Source of the DNA: Oikopleura dioica
Lineage: Eukaryota; Animalia; Chordata
DNA length: 64,000 nucleotides
Assembly (NCBI GenBank): GCA_907165135.1
Contig: OU015567.1
Location: 14,880,001-14,944,000 of the forward strand
Direction: 5' to 3'
In this document: positions 24,684 to 38,427 of the stretch, piece by piece
Layout of the letters: each line of letters begins with the position of its first letter
How positions within the stretch are numbered: position 1 is the stretch's first letter
Translations under genes and position numbers: made by a program
Notes under the pieces: generated by a model
What the model saw: only the letters and a program-made list of their open reading frames with translations
What the model was told of the DNA's origin: nothing
Databases searched by the model: none

Positions 24684-25250
24684 TTAAAAATTCTTTGGTC
24701 AACAGAACTGAGGAGAACAGCAATCTTTTAAATTACATCAGTAGAAAATAAGGCAAATTTTCACACTTTTATATTCAGTTTTTATTGTTTCTAATGTTTT
24801 TATAATTATTTATATGATAGAAATTGATTAGAAAATCGTATCGGTAATGAAAAATTCTAGAGTTATGACCAAAAACCAACTTAATTGAAAATATGATCAC
24901 CGCTATCTAGAGATCTATTCTTGAGATACTTTCAGACCTTCTCTTTTAAAAAAATTAAAGATATTTTATTGATTAAAGATTAAAGATTTTTGTAAAATTT
25001 GCTAGTCGCTTCTATTAAGTTTAAAGCGGTAAGTTATTTATTGGCGCTATTTAGGCATTTCGAAGGTGGCATATTATTCAAGGCATGTATTAATGTTTTC
25101 TTATCATATAAGTATTTTATTTTTCTTTTGAGTCTGAGGATCATTTATTTAAAAAAAAGTCGTTATACAGTTTGCATATGGCGTGAAAGGAAATTACCCA
25201 AAAATGCGTTAATATTCGTTCCAGGAGAAAATAATTTATGCGTTCCAGGG

Positions 25251-25513
25251 GGATGTAGGGCGCGTAGGTTCTTCATGCAGACCTCGGTTCAGCAAAATGC
25301 AGACCGCGGGTCTGCAAATGAAAAAATTTTATCAGAATTTAAGATGAAACAGGCGCTTTGGTGCGCTCCGCGCCTGATCTTAGAGAAAACTTCATCTTCT
25401 AACATTTCTAAATCAAAACGGGCCAAAGGAGCCAAAATTTTGATCGTCAATGCAGCTTCCGGATCTGCATTTTGCAGACCCCGGGTCTGGCAGAACCTAC
25501 GCGCCCAACATCC
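25251..25513. mobile_element. Palindromic MITE
   Basis: IR GGATGTAGGGCGCGTAGGTTC / GAACCTACGCGCCCAACATCC with internal TGCAGACC motifs. Confidence 0.7.
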
Positions 25514-26763
25514 TTCCAGGGTTTTAATTGGTTAAGTGTTCTAAAAGACAATTCGAATTCAGACTTAAATCTTAGTCTCAAGACTTGGCTAGACCTCACT
25601 TATCTTAATGTCTGAAAAAATGAGACTAGACTAGTCTACTCCGCTCCTTCAGTAACCCTAACTAGCCGTGCCCTTTCCACCTCCGGTTCGGTTGATCTGT
25701 CATTCTGCTCTGTTCCGCTCAATTTTTAAAATCGAGTTAACAGTCACATGAAATACCCTGAGATTGGAACAAATATTTTCGATCCAGGCTCTGGTGGGTG
25801 GGGTCTTCTTTATAAATTTATTATTACTAACTGCCGACTTAATTTTTTCGACTTATTTCCAAACTCCGACTATTCCAACAGTCCTTAGACAAGTCTTTAA
25901 TACTAGCCTAAACGAGACAAGTGATTTTTGAAAGGGCTTTGGACTAGACTTGACTTGGACAAGGGATTTTTGTGGGATCTCAAAACTTGACGAGAGTAGT
26001 TTTTTCAGTCTTGGTTCATGTTTAGAACTCTTATAGTCTCAAAAGAATGGGCATTTTTGCCTTTTACTAGAGCTGTCGATTTCGGAGCGTTTACGATCCT
26101 CACGACTTTTCATCCATGACTTTCTGCTAACTTTTCTCCGCCGCAAACTAGCGGTCTTCCACGCCGATCATCTTCTATTTAATATTAATTTTATGGGTAT
26201 ACCCTTCCTAAAGAAAATTTCTGTCATAAAAGAATATATAAAATTGAGTCGACTGCGGGAATAACGAGCCTTCTCTTCACAAATTTCGCAAAATACTCCT
26301 AATTTTTGCACCCCGCTTGCCTATTTTTTTTCAAAATTTTTGAATTTTTGTGAAAATACCTGTTATTCTCGCATTCGTTATTCTAGCAGTCAACTTCATA
26401 CAAGGAATATTAACTGCAATAGAAGTGTGGAACGGTTATACCTGACGGCGTTAACGTTATTCTTAAAAAAATTAAGGGTTACCCTTTATTATGAAGGATA
26501 GTGTCTGTTACCGACAAAAAATATCATTTTTATAAAGATAATTTCGATGGCCCAGCATTATCTGCTTGGCTAACAAAATATCTCAAAAATGCCTAGAAAA
26601 GTCCATTGTGGCCGTTTATGCATAATTTTAAGAAAAGATTTTCCTCAAGAGATTACTAGAGTTTCTTTTTCTGAAGTCTTTTTTTATTTTTTTTTAAAGA
26701 TTTTTCGTCGATTCAAGAGGCCACCCCATTATAGACCCGGAAACAACCTGCACCTTCCCCCTT

Positions 26764-27033
26764 GCATTATTTTTGTATAAGGGGCAGCATGACGAGCTCT
26801 ATCGAAAATTCTTTTCGTCCGGCCAACAGATTGAATCAGAGACAAAGATGCAGCCTCCAGCGAAATCCAAAAGTTGAATCATCGGCAATCGCTTGGATTT
26901 GACATCACCCCTTGACCCAAAGTGGAGCTAATGGACCGGAGCCCTTGCCTCTGATTCAATATGTGGGCCGGACAATAGGAATCTTCGTTAGAGCGGGCCC
27001 TTATGCCCCTTATTGCATCCACAAAAATAATGC
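26764..27033. mobile_element. Palindromic MITE
   Basis: Degenerate IR of about 85 bp beginning GCATTATTTTTGT...AAGGGGCA. Confidence 0.65.
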
Positions 27034-27838
27034 TAGGGTATAGCAACGTTATCTTATTGCCAATAAGGTTATATAAGTTATAGGGTCTGTATATCCTTAA
27101 ATTAAAATCGAAAGATCATCAAAAGGAAAACGGTTGTAGTCTTATTAAAAGTAAGCACTTACGGAGAATAGTGCTCATGATGGAAATCGCCCCGGTTGTT
27201 ATTGAAAGACCCCTCCGTAGAACAAAGAGTCTTCTTCAGATACTTTCTGTAAAAAAAAAAACTCACTCCGCAACTGGAGCTCGACATTTTTTGTCGATAA
27301 GGCCCTTTAATCCGCTGTCATTATTGAATTGATTCCGGAACGGGAAAAAAAGTGTAATGGGTATTTGCACTGACCTCCTGTACCCTTAGCGAAAAATAGG
27401 TCGCGCTGATCCCTCTCGCTGGCGCTTGGCCAGAAATTGTCAGTTAAATCGGACGTGTTTTAGGAGGAAACTTTCTTATAACATTTTTATCCTGATAATA
27501 TATCTGCATTAATGACCTGAAAATATCTTTATATAGCTTTTTGAACGTGCAGATTTCGAAAATTTCATTTAAATATCGAAATTCCGATCATTTTTGGAAA
27601 CAGTCGTTTGAATTTGAAGGAGATATAATTGCGCTAGAGAAAATCTAAAAACGCCATGTGTAAGAACACATTTAAATTGGTATGTCAACGAAGTTTCAGA
27701 AAATTATCTCAACGGGAAGGTCTTGTCGACAAAAATTGTCGAGCTCCAGTTAGGGGGTTTTCGGGGCGCGTTCCAGTTGGGGAGTTAAGAGCCCCGTTTT
27801 CACGATTCTTGATGGGGCGGGAGGGGGCGGTTCTCTAA

Positions 27839-27999
27839 CAGTGGGTTGCGCAGGTAGTTGCCCCCTAAAGAGCGGGTGAAGGGGCAACGAATCCTGCAAT
27901 CACTTTGAGCGAGTCTAGAAAGGAACAATAGAAAAAGCGCGGGCAAAGGGGCAATCAAAGCTGCAATCGCAAAGGGGCAACCAACTGCGCAACCCACTG
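27839..27999. mobile_element. GC-rich MITE
   Basis: IR CAGTGGGTTGCGCAG.TAGTTGCCCC / GGGGCAACCAACTGCGCAACCCACTG with internal GGGGCAA repeats. Confidence 0.7.
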
Positions 28000-28129
28000 A
28001 AGGTGAATTTTTGTCTCTAGTTCCAAAAAACCTTGCCCAATAAATGAAGTTTCCTACACATAAGGGGCTTACTTTTAATGTTTAAAAGCAACGAAGAATG
28101 CATCAAAAGCTTTAATCGCCGTTATTTAA

Positions 28130-29608
28130 GAACCCCCCCCCCCCGTCAACAATTTTCCAAAAATCTATTTTCGGAATTTCAAAATTTTAACCCCGGAAAG
28201 GGATTCTACAGGTCAAAAAACGATTTTAAGGCATCATTTTTTGGGGGTCTATCTCGACTCTAACACCCTCAAAATTGCGTTTGAAAATCGGACTTTTTGA
28301 CGAAATATGACGAAAGAGTCCCAATTTCGCTAAAATTTGAGATTTTTTTTTGGTCAAAAAGTCCTCCGAACAAGTTTTTATGCTGAATTGAATTTACAGG
28401 CACACTAAGAAGCCAAAATATGGCTTTTTAAAATTATCGATTTTTCGATGAAAATTGTTGACGGGGGTGTCCTTAATTGAAATTATTGTCTCAGATCATC
28501 TGGAAAATCCAATTCGCGATTTTCTTCTTAAGGGGTAGAACTAGGTTTTTCGAAAATAGCCGATTCTAGACCGGCGCTCAAAGCCAGGAGAGCTTAGATT
28601 TTCAAGTTCTCTCTTCGGTTGAAGAAAGAACAAACTAAGATCTTACAACATTTTTCTTAAAATTTCTTTTCGTCAACACATTTTGGCGCTAGAGAGCGAA
28701 ACGTCAACCCATCTCTTCGAAAATCGTAATTTTAGCGTATTCGCGTCCTCAAATTTATCGAGTCACGTGACTAGCCAAATTTTTTAAATATCATTTTAAA
28801 ACAGTTTAACCATTTATCTAGCAACATTTTCGAGGAAATTGCGTAATCATTAGTAAAAACAGGTTTTTCTTATTTAAAGTGCCTCCCGAAAATCACTGTT
28901 TTTCCGAAAATCTAGTTCTTCCCCCCTTAAAGGACATTCTCTTTAAGGGGGTGGTGGTCGAGAAAATATTTTTCGTCTTTTTAAAATTTTGATATTATTT
29001 TCAGATTCCTTGATAAAAAAGGAGCATTTTTGGTCTCTAGCTTTTCTACATTGGAGCAACTTTATTTAAGAAAATTTTCGATTTTATGCTATGAAATCGC
29101 CATTTTCGGGAGTTTTGAAACGCGTTTTTCTCACTAAAACTTACTCGAAATTGTTTTTTCATTGCAAAGTTATGTTTCTTGATCATATTTTAATTATAAA
29201 AATCTTAAAAAATTACGATTATTGTGATGTTTTGGAAAATTTCATTGAAAAATGAGTGAAAATGCCGATTTTCAGAAAACAACATGTTTTCATTCTATTA
29301 CTATTTTCTTTTCTATTAAGGTTAACATTCTAAAACTAAGCCGCCCACACGCTAAAGGGTCTAAACTTTCCTCTTGGTAAGTTTTATTTCGAAAAAAATA
29401 ATAAGGGGATCGAGTTTTTTAGGTCAAGAGATGGGTCTACTTTGAAGGAACTCTTCACCATTTTTTCGAGAAAATATTTTTTTCCAACATAGCCGCCCAC
29501 ATAAATTGGACCCTTTTTAAGTTATTTTCAATTAGAGAAAAAAAATTTTTTTCGAAAAAATTGAAGTTTTTTAGGTTGAAAAAAGTCTTAGTCTCGACTA
29601 CCACCCCC
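28130..29608. mobile_element. Three adjacent TTAA-flanked MITEs (28130-28472, 28532-28926, 28947-29608), Kolobok-like termini
   Basis: Each is bounded by TTAA on both sides, has purine-start/pyrimidine-end termini, and has its own 17-25 bp TIR, e.g. GGGGGTGGTGGTCGAGA / TCTCGACTACCACCCCC. Confidence 0.8.
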
Positions 29609-30186
29609 TTAAATATTTAAAAATATGTATGGAATTTGTTATGCGATCATGTGACTGGAGATATCCGAAGTCGGAGTATTAGCGAATAACGGGAATTTTT
29701 GAGAGATTTGTTGCTTTTGAGCCTGCGAATTCAAAAATTTGCTGACTAAAAATTTCTAATAAAGATGTTTATAGAATAAAAATGGATCATTCTATACCCG
29801 AGGATAAAAATTGAAAATCTAAGATTCTCTTGTCTGTAGCGCCAGTCAAAATTGCCTTTTTCGAAAAAAACTCGTTTTATCCGTTTATGTTAGCATCGAA
29901 TAAGGATATTAATTTGATGACCTTATAAAACAAATTTTTTAACTCGAAGAATTGTCACAAGTGCCTTAAGGGTCATAAAAGAGCTCTAAAGTGCAAGATG
30001 TGACATCTCTGTTTCACTGGGACTCAGTCAAATAGGGAAATTGGGCTTTCTGATGTCGAGAAAAATAAAAACTCTTTCCTTCTGGGAATAAACATACGCT
30101 TATCTGAAGCTTGGAAACACTCATTTTTCAAAATATCCTTAAAAATGATAATCAAATATTTACTTGAAAATTAAGGTGATGAGAAG

Positions 30187-33100
30187 ATGAAAACTGCGGC
30201 GAAACTCGACAAGACATCAGTAGAGAGTGACTCTGGTAAGTTTTTCCTAAATTTTTCTCATGAAGAATAAACCAAGGACTGAATTAACATTCGATTAGGG
30301 TGCGATGATGATCCTGAATCTTTTGACTATCGATCCAAGAAGATAGCAGAGGCAAGAAGAATGAAAGGTAAATAACTCGTACTCCAAAGTTTATGCTGCT
30401 CTTCGAGCAAGTATCGATTTATATTTTTCTATCCAACTGAAAAGCTCATGTCGTTTCCAACATGAAGGGAACAAAGGACTGATGCGTTGACACTAGAATC
30501 GGTGACACTTGATAAGCCATCGATTCCACGAATTTGGCGGTGTTCTTTTATTGAATTTGATCAAAAAATCATGATAACGAAAAACAGCACTTTATTCTCA
30601 TTTCCCACATAAATATGTTTAATTTACACATCTAACACATTGCACAAAATAAAGTAACGTCACATTACTTTGATCGAAAAAAGTGCAAGCTAGGGTGGGC
30701 TACCCATCGGCGAAATGTCAGTGTAGGGTGTTGAAGAACTTCTAAGGTTAAATAGGGGTTTTTGATTGGCTTTCACAACACATACTGGCATTTGATTGGC
30801 TGACGAGTCAAGTGACTACGGCAATTTTTCAACCCTCGTTTAAAATTTGGTTGTCTTATTTTTTATCTTGTTCTGATACCCTGAATCATAAAAATGAAAA
30901 AAAATTATTATTCTTAAACAACAATTTAGCAATTACTGGAAACATAAGCGACTCGACTGAAGACCTATCTGGCTCCGAAAGTACAACAGCGTTGAGCAAT
31001 TCTTCGAAGACTGCTCAAAGTGGACACAACTCGGACTCGGGCAATTCCACGGAGAACTCGGTGGCCTCGACAGAGTCTGTCTTGTCGCTTCATCCGGACG
31101 ACTTGGACTTCGACGAAAAATGCACAAGTGCACTTGCGAAGAATATTGTTAAGTCAAATAATAGCCAATGTATACTAGCCGTGAAGGAATACGCGAGAGA
31201 TAAACTCGTACAAGCAGTTAATGGCTACAAGGTAAACCCACACTTTTCCAATTTCTGTTGCTGATTTTTATCGCCGAAAGCATTTTAATTTATTTCATCG
31301 AAATATCTTATGATCTGTTTTCATATTTTAATTTCGGGAAAATAGATTCAATAGCTCCTTATTATCTCGTTAAAAGCTGTCATGGAAAAGGCCAATTTGA
31401 TAAATAAAGTGCCTTCAGAATCTGAAGTTCAGATTAAGTATTCCTATTCACTGTTTTATTATGACCTACTGTTCAGTTCACGTGTGCCTGAATTTTGACA
31501 AGATTCTAAACTTTTTCAGGTGAAAATAGCCATAATTGGAGAACTTGGGGCGGGTAAAACCACCCTTATCAAAGAGATCTTTGGAGGAGGACCGCTGAAA
31601 GAAGCAAAACTGAGCAAGGATAAGCCAACAACAAGGTAATTTTTCTGATTATTAACAGCTAGTCAGGCAGGGCTCTTTAGAAAAATTTGATTATTTTGAA
31701 CAGTAGTTCCACCAGTAGGGCAAAGCCTTTGACGACTTTATTAAGGTTTCCCCAGAAAAATAAAAATACTTTAAAATTTTCGATAAATATACACATTTTT
31801 TGGGCACGGCCAATCAAAAGGCTTAAGACATAATGCGGTGGCGCTTCTCAAGATTCGAGCAAAAATCGTCGGTATCATTACTTCAACATTTTTCTTCCTA
31901 GAATACCTTTGCTTTTTCTAGCTTCGCTATAATTAATTTAATGTTGTGCGGTATTTTTATATTTTTGTTTTACGACGAATTTCCGTGAACAATAAATAAG
32001 CCTGACTGGTCCTTCTACCTTGCTAAAAAATAACTTATTGTTACTTTCAGCTATAAATATCCGAACCACAAGAACATCACGTTCACCGAAATCCCGCATG
32101 TGTCCTCAACCCGCCGCGCCGATCGAGAAGAATATATGAAAAACATGAAGCTATATAATTTTGACTTAGTTTTGCTTCTTACAGATTCACATATTCGAGA
32201 GTGGAGCATGTGGCTTGGCCGTCAATTTAACGAAAAAGAGATTCCCTTTTTCTACGTTAGAACTAAAATTGACAAAACCACAGCCGAGGATCAGGCGAAA
32301 TTTCCCAGGACTTATTGCGAGGATAGACTTGTCTCGCGCATCAGACAGCGATGCAAAGACTCGATTCAAACTGGAAAGGTAAAAAACACTAGGGCTTATG
32401 TTGTCTCCGCCAGGAACAAGGACAAGTGGGACTTCCGAGCGCTCGTTCAAGGTAAGAAAAATTAACACTCTAAAAACCGTTTGATTTCTAACAATTTGAA
32501 TGTGACTAGAATAGAAATTCGCAAGACAGCTTATCTAAGCCGTTTCTAGTACTGAATTATTGTATGAAAAACAAAAATCTAATATTGTTTGAAGTAATCA
32601 GTCAATTAACCCCTTCTTATGAATCTTTTTTGAGTTCAAAAGGGGTTGAATGTTTCTGACTCGCTGAAACAGTTTAGCTTTTACAAAGAATTTGTTTTTT
32701 AAATAATTCGATAATTTAGAAAATAAAGATTCATTCCCTTAAAAACAAATAAAAATTAATAACTCTAATCGTAAGAACATGATCCGTCTGTTATTGACCA
32801 CATTTTCAGCTCTCGGAGATGAGCTACCGAAGAATAAACGACGATCGTTGAATATTTGCTTGCCAGCGCTGACTCCTCACATTATTCACGAAAAGCAAAA
32901 AGCTCATGCCGCGCGAATATGGATGGTCGCCGCAATTTCGGTTGCATCAGGTTCGAAAATTTTCCTCTTACAAGTTTTTTTTCTTATTACAATTTTTTTT
33001 ATCTTTTTTTCAAGTCTCAAAATACCGCTTCAAGATCGCGGCTTAGCAATTCTGCTTTTCAGCTATTTGAGAGTTATTTGCTCGTTACAGAAGAAATCAT

Positions 33101-34142
33101 GATCACATTTTTCAAGCTACTATTAGCAAATAACTGTTGATGCAATTACCACCCTACACATTTTTGCTGGCAGCTTAGACTTCATTTTTTGCGCAAGAAA
33201 AATTGCAAGGCTCATTTCACAAAAACTTTTATGACTTCTGAAAAAGAAAAGTTCACATAAATTTTCGATTATTAAAATCAATTAGCACGTGATCAGCGTT
33301 ATAACTTTATATGCACAGGTGTGATGGACATTCCCGGCTTCGCGCTGTCGGCGGATGTCGAGCTGTTGCGCCGCGAATGTCACAATTACAAACATTCGTT
33401 TGGCATCACCGACGCCATCATGCACAAACTCTGCCTCGACGAGAACAATCCAGCTCTGGAAGCAGCTTGGGACCTGATCTTCTACGACTCCGGCATTCAC
33501 TCGATTCTCCGTCAGGAAGGGGTCGCAAATTATCACTTTGGACGTTGCCTTTTTCATAGAAAGAATAACATTCCAATATTGTACGAAGCGACAAAGTGAT
33601 AACCCCTCAATACAGGCGTCAATTGAAATCGATCCAACGGACTTGCTCAAGTTCGAAAAGAAAGTTCCTTTGCTCGGAGGAGGAATCAGTTTCCCTGCAA
33701 CGTGCAGGTAAATCCTAAATCACATACATAGGCGAGCATCAGATAACAAAGCCAATCCCTCACCTGTCTCGAGTTTTATCGGCTTTGTTCTGCGTAATTT
33801 ACGACAAAAACTTGATTCAGCTTTTTAATAATAAATAATTTCATCGAATAACTAAGTGTCATAATAGAAGATTGTTCATTTCATACGCTAACTACTGATA
33901 CTTTACTGTCGAGTATACAATCAGGTCTTGTCAGTCAGATTTTAAAAATAAGGATTAGGGCTTTGGTACGCGTTAGGGTTAAAATCAAGTTAACCCGAGT
34001 CAAAACCCTAACCGTTACCTTATTCCGCCTTTTAAAAAATTTTCTTCACACAATATTGTTGATAACGAAATTTTCAGCACACTTCGATTTATTCTGCAGG
34101 AGTTGGCGGCGATGGCTCTTCGTTACGTGTCTCAGGACTTAG
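30187..34142 (+). CDS. Immunity-related (IRG/IIGP, p47) GTPase-like protein, about 471 aa. Exons 30187-30235, 30299-30367, 30930-31231, 31520-31635, 32051-32451, 32810-32950, 33319-33521, 33616-33707, 34100-34142
   Basis: All joins are GT-AG and in frame (1416 nt). G1 VKIAIIGELGAGKT and G4 FFYVRTKID are present. IRG-typical segments are YKYPNHKNITF, YVVSARNKDKWDFRAL, LPKNKRRSLNICLPALT..IHEK..RIW and VPLLGGGISF. The last exon frame is uncertain (an alternative frame ends at 34207), and an upstream exon is possible (acceptor at 30175). Confidence 0.85.
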
Positions 34143-36268
34143 ACGAGTGCGATTCGCTAGATGACGAAGATACTTTATCGGATATTTCCGATATGTCGGA
34201 CAGATAGATGTAGATATACTTTTTTTCTCCGTTTACTAGTTTCAAGTTTTCATTAACCATTAAACCTTTATTTGTAAATATGCACCAAAAACCGAATTAA
34301 TTTTAAAAAGAAAAACTTTTTTTCGAGCTGCTATGAGCTGATACCCTTAATTGAATTTATCATTCGAGAACTGCTTTTATGATCTTCTCGGAATATAGAT
34401 CAAACTCACCTATTTCTGAACTCAATTTTGAGCCCAGAATTTTGAGCCTTATTTATTCTTATGCAAGTCCCAACGTTTTTTTCTTCATCTCTCTGACGCT
34501 TTTTCGCCTTTTTGGCAAAGTATCTTCAAAAATTGTAAATAATCATTTCCCAAAACTGTTTTATCGCGAATTTTAAATTTTAATCTTTCTTTATTATGAA
34601 ACTGATTAATGTTTTAAATAATTTTCTCGAACGCACGAGTCATTTTTTTCATCAAAGGTAAAGGGTTATAAATATTAATCAGCATTTAACCTAGCTTTTT
34701 CGGAACAATTTTTTGATGATCAGACCATCTTGTTTCCTATCTTCATACAGAGGATGGTGTCTGGAACCGACAAAAATTTCGACAAATTTTGCGTGGGCGG
34801 CTACTCGGCTGCTGATTGGCCGGTTTGCCGAATCCAGGCTTCTGATTGGTCGAAAATTTCCACCGACAATTTTTCGAATTTTTTGTCGGTTTCAGACACA
34901 TCCCCTTCTACTGGTGTCCTGTGTTGTTAACCTGAGTCAGGGTCCTAAAAGATCTTAGATTAAAAACCGACCATAGTCAATAATTAAAAAAAAAACAACA
35001 TGGTCTTTTCATCATAAATTGTTCTGAAAAAAATTGTAGTTGCTTTAAATCATTTGGATCACCTTATGATAAATCATGCGCTAGAATCAGAAGAGCTAGT
35101 AGAGTTCTTTTTCGCTTTTGTTTTTACCCTGCAAAAAGCTTTTAACTTGGCACGAAAGAAGAAAATCTCCTGAAAACCACATTTTCTTTTGTTGCTACAT
35201 CATCCTTGGGCGAAGACCAGGGTCGATGTTTGCTAACAAGTTAACCTTAAAAGACGCCTTGCCTAGTGCAAGAGCGTTTGCAATAGACAACTCGATCTTA
35301 CTAGGATTAGTGATAATGTTTATCGCTTTTAATTCTCTAACTTGTACATTTGTACATTTCTGCAAATAAACTTCCTTATCAACTGTTCAAATCCAAAAAC
35401 AAACTTTGTCTCTTTATTTGCATGAGCATTGAAAAACCGAATGTCAGGAAAAATAGCAAGCAATCGAATTGAGAATAAGGTAGGATGAAATATCCCAGAC
35501 ATCCATTTTTATGCTTTCTTGTATTCAAAATTTGGGTTAAACCTATTTATGGGAGTGATTAAAGTGATCAGGGTTTTGATTGGCCGGTAGCTCAAATACA
35601 ATAATCTGATTGGTTATCCTAAAATTCACTTCCATAAATTCGCTTAGTCCCAAAATTTAGGCTCAAAAACCTGTGTAGAAAGCCTGAGTCAGGGTCTTTA
35701 AAATAATGGTTCATGACTCAGGATTTTTACACCGGTTACTGTACCCAGATTTTGAAAATCAAAAAATTTTAGTCCATAAGTTATAAACAAAATAAACGGT
35801 AAACTATTGCATAAAATGCCTGATCCAATTCCTAAACTGCTTTTTCAGGTCTTATGTTCGAATTTCACCTAAGCAGCTTTCTCAAAAAGAGTGTGAAAGA
35901 CCACTTATAAATTGATATCATATCATAGCTCATCATTCGCAAATTGGTCATACCATAAATTTGTATTGAAACTGAAAAACAAACACGGCACCAAAAACTC
36001 GGCGTTTCTAAAGATCCAAAAATATACTGAGCACGTTTGAAATTTAGAGCTCCCGGAAGCGTGGCTCACTTTCCGCCATAATCACTTCTTATTCCCCGAT
36101 CGCTTATCGCCAAAGCAAACTATACCTTGGCTCAAGTCGTTTTGCGCGCTTTTTGAACGTTGAGAGCAAATTGGCATTGAACTCGACAAACAACAATTTT
36201 AGTTGATTTTTCTCGGAAGTAACAGAAAAGACGCTTGATGAGCTTGTAAGCCTATTAGCCGGCTCAGG

Positions 36269-36670
36269 CTCGTCACTTACGGATATGCTCGCTTGAGTTG
36301 AAAAATCCAATCGTGAAAATACCCGGCTCAGATTTCAACTCAGCCAGTTAAATTGTATAACACTCTGAAAACGTTGGTCATAGGGAAGTCTAGACAACCT
36401 GTGTTGAAAACATGTGTCAGGGTTTTGTAAGAGTAAAAAGAAATGTCGAGTAGCGGCTTTTATATTATCGGTAGTAGGGATTAATATTTCGGTACAGTAC
36501 GAAGAGACTTTTAGTTTCTCCCTTAAACCGAAGTTAGGGTTAGGGTTAGACTTCCCTATGACCAACGTTTTCATAGTGTTATACAATTTAACTGGCTAAG
36601 TTGAAATCTGAGCCGGGTGTTTTCACGATTGGATTTTTCAACGCAAGGGAGCATATCTGTAAGTGACGAG
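36269..36670. mobile_element. Foldback MITE with arms of about 115 bp
   Basis: CTCGTCACTTAC...CATAGGGAAGTCTA is mirrored at about 36550-36670. The loop contains a family-A fragment and TTAGGG repeats. Confidence 0.85.
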
Positions 36671-37484
36671 GTTACCTAACCCTAACCCAGGGGCTTCGCC
36701 TCCAGGACCTCCCTCAAGCAAAAATACTTACAGTTAACACCCAAAATTCGGTACATTATTTTGTAGCCGAAATCTTCGAAAATGTACCGAATTTTGGGTT
36801 TTCGGGTATTTTTCCAATTTAACAACATAATATGAAATTTTCTCTGTTTTTCTGTCTTACACCCTGTTTGCGGACTGCATATTTATCTTTTAGCAAGGAA
36901 AAATCGATAAATAGAAAAAGTTATCACAAAAACAGAGAAGAACATTTTGATCGAGCCCTTTTTTGAAAAAAATTTTATTGGCATTCGAGGATCAATTGTT
37001 TTTTCATAGGGATTCGTTGACTACTTGACCCTATACTTAGTCAGGGTTTGAAAAGTGGAGAGCATCGGCATGCTAGAGCACTGAACATGCTCAAGGAAAT
37101 TTCAGCGGCCTGTGCTCAATTGTACTCAAGCTCCATTAGATTTTTATCATTTCACGTCATTTCGATCATAAATTTGAGCACGTCGTGCTCTAACAAGTTC
37201 AAGTTCAGTTCCTAACCCTAACGCTTTTACAGGAAACAGACAGAAAATACACGAGTATGAATTTAGGTGAGCCGGTACAACTCGTCAAAGTGGGTTTGGC
37301 GAATTTTGTTTAGGGGCGGAAGACGCATTTATGAAAATTGGAATGACAAGGAGCGACACCCTTAGCGGAAACCCTGTGCTCGCACTCGTCATAGCGCGTA
37401 AATTCAATTTTCGCAAATAGGAAGCAACGGCCAAAACGATTTCGCCTTTTTGCGCTGCTTTTCTTTTTTGTTGATCGCTATTTG

Positions 37485-38427
37485 TAGGGAAACTCGATGA
37501 AAAAGAGCTTTTTTCTGGGCTTAGTGGGGGGCACATATAATACAGTTTTAGAAAGCCCAGAAGCTGGGGATCATTTTGACTATTGACAGTTAGGGGTTTG
37601 ACACATGCCCTGGGGCGTTTAGGGACGTCTAAAGTCCAGAAAATTGGGCAATCTCGGAAAAATGACCAGATTTTTTTCTGTCGAGCTTTAGAATATGAGA
37701 ACATTACCTACTTATAGAGGAGGTTCTGGCGCTTCACAATCTGTGTAAAAAACCTTTGTCACCCCCTATTCTAGGGGCGCTAGAACCTCTAGAAGTTGTG
37801 GAAGTCATCCGAAAATCGGTATTTTTAGGAAAATTGGGTAAAAAGTTAAATTTTTGTCGGAAATCAACAAAGCCAAATTAGAATCGACTTAACGTCGAAA
37901 AAATACAGTTTGGAGTCATTTTGAGATGCTTCGGACTGAATTTCGTCGAAAGTCTAGTTTTTCTCATTTTATGACCCCAAGTGACCGCGAATGACCCCAA
38001 ACTGTATTTTTTCGACGCGAAGTCGATTCTAACTTGCCTTTGTTGATTTCCGACAAAAATTTAACTTTTACCCAATTTTCCTATAATAGTACCGATTTTC
38101 GGATGACTTCCTCAACTTCTAGAGCTTCTAGCCCCCCTAGAATAGGGGGGTGACAAAGGTTTTTTACACAGATTCTGAAGCGTCAGAACCTCCTCTACAA
38201 ACTGATGAGAGCGGCTTTCCAAAAAACCCGACAGAAAAAAAGTTACGGCCCTTTTTCTAAACTTGCCCGATTTTCGGGTCTTGTAGAGGCCCAAAACGCC
38301 CCAGGGCATGAGTTAACCCCTACTGTCAATAGTCAAAATGATCCCCAGCTTCTGGGCTTTCTAAAACTGTATTATATGTCCCCCACTAAGCCCAGAAAAG
38401 AAGCTCAATTTTCATCGAGTTTCCCTA
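37485..38427. mobile_element. 943-bp hAT-like foldback element with arms of about 430 bp
   Basis: Termini TAGGGAAACTCGATG / CATCGAGTTTCCCTA with 8-bp TSD GCTATTTG (37477-37484 and 38428-38435). The arms align along their length with scattered mismatches. Confidence 0.92.

Noticed and set aside
24999-25535. 178-aa ORF
   Set aside because: It has a TTG start, low-complexity A/T-rich sequence, and runs through a palindromic MITE; no motif.
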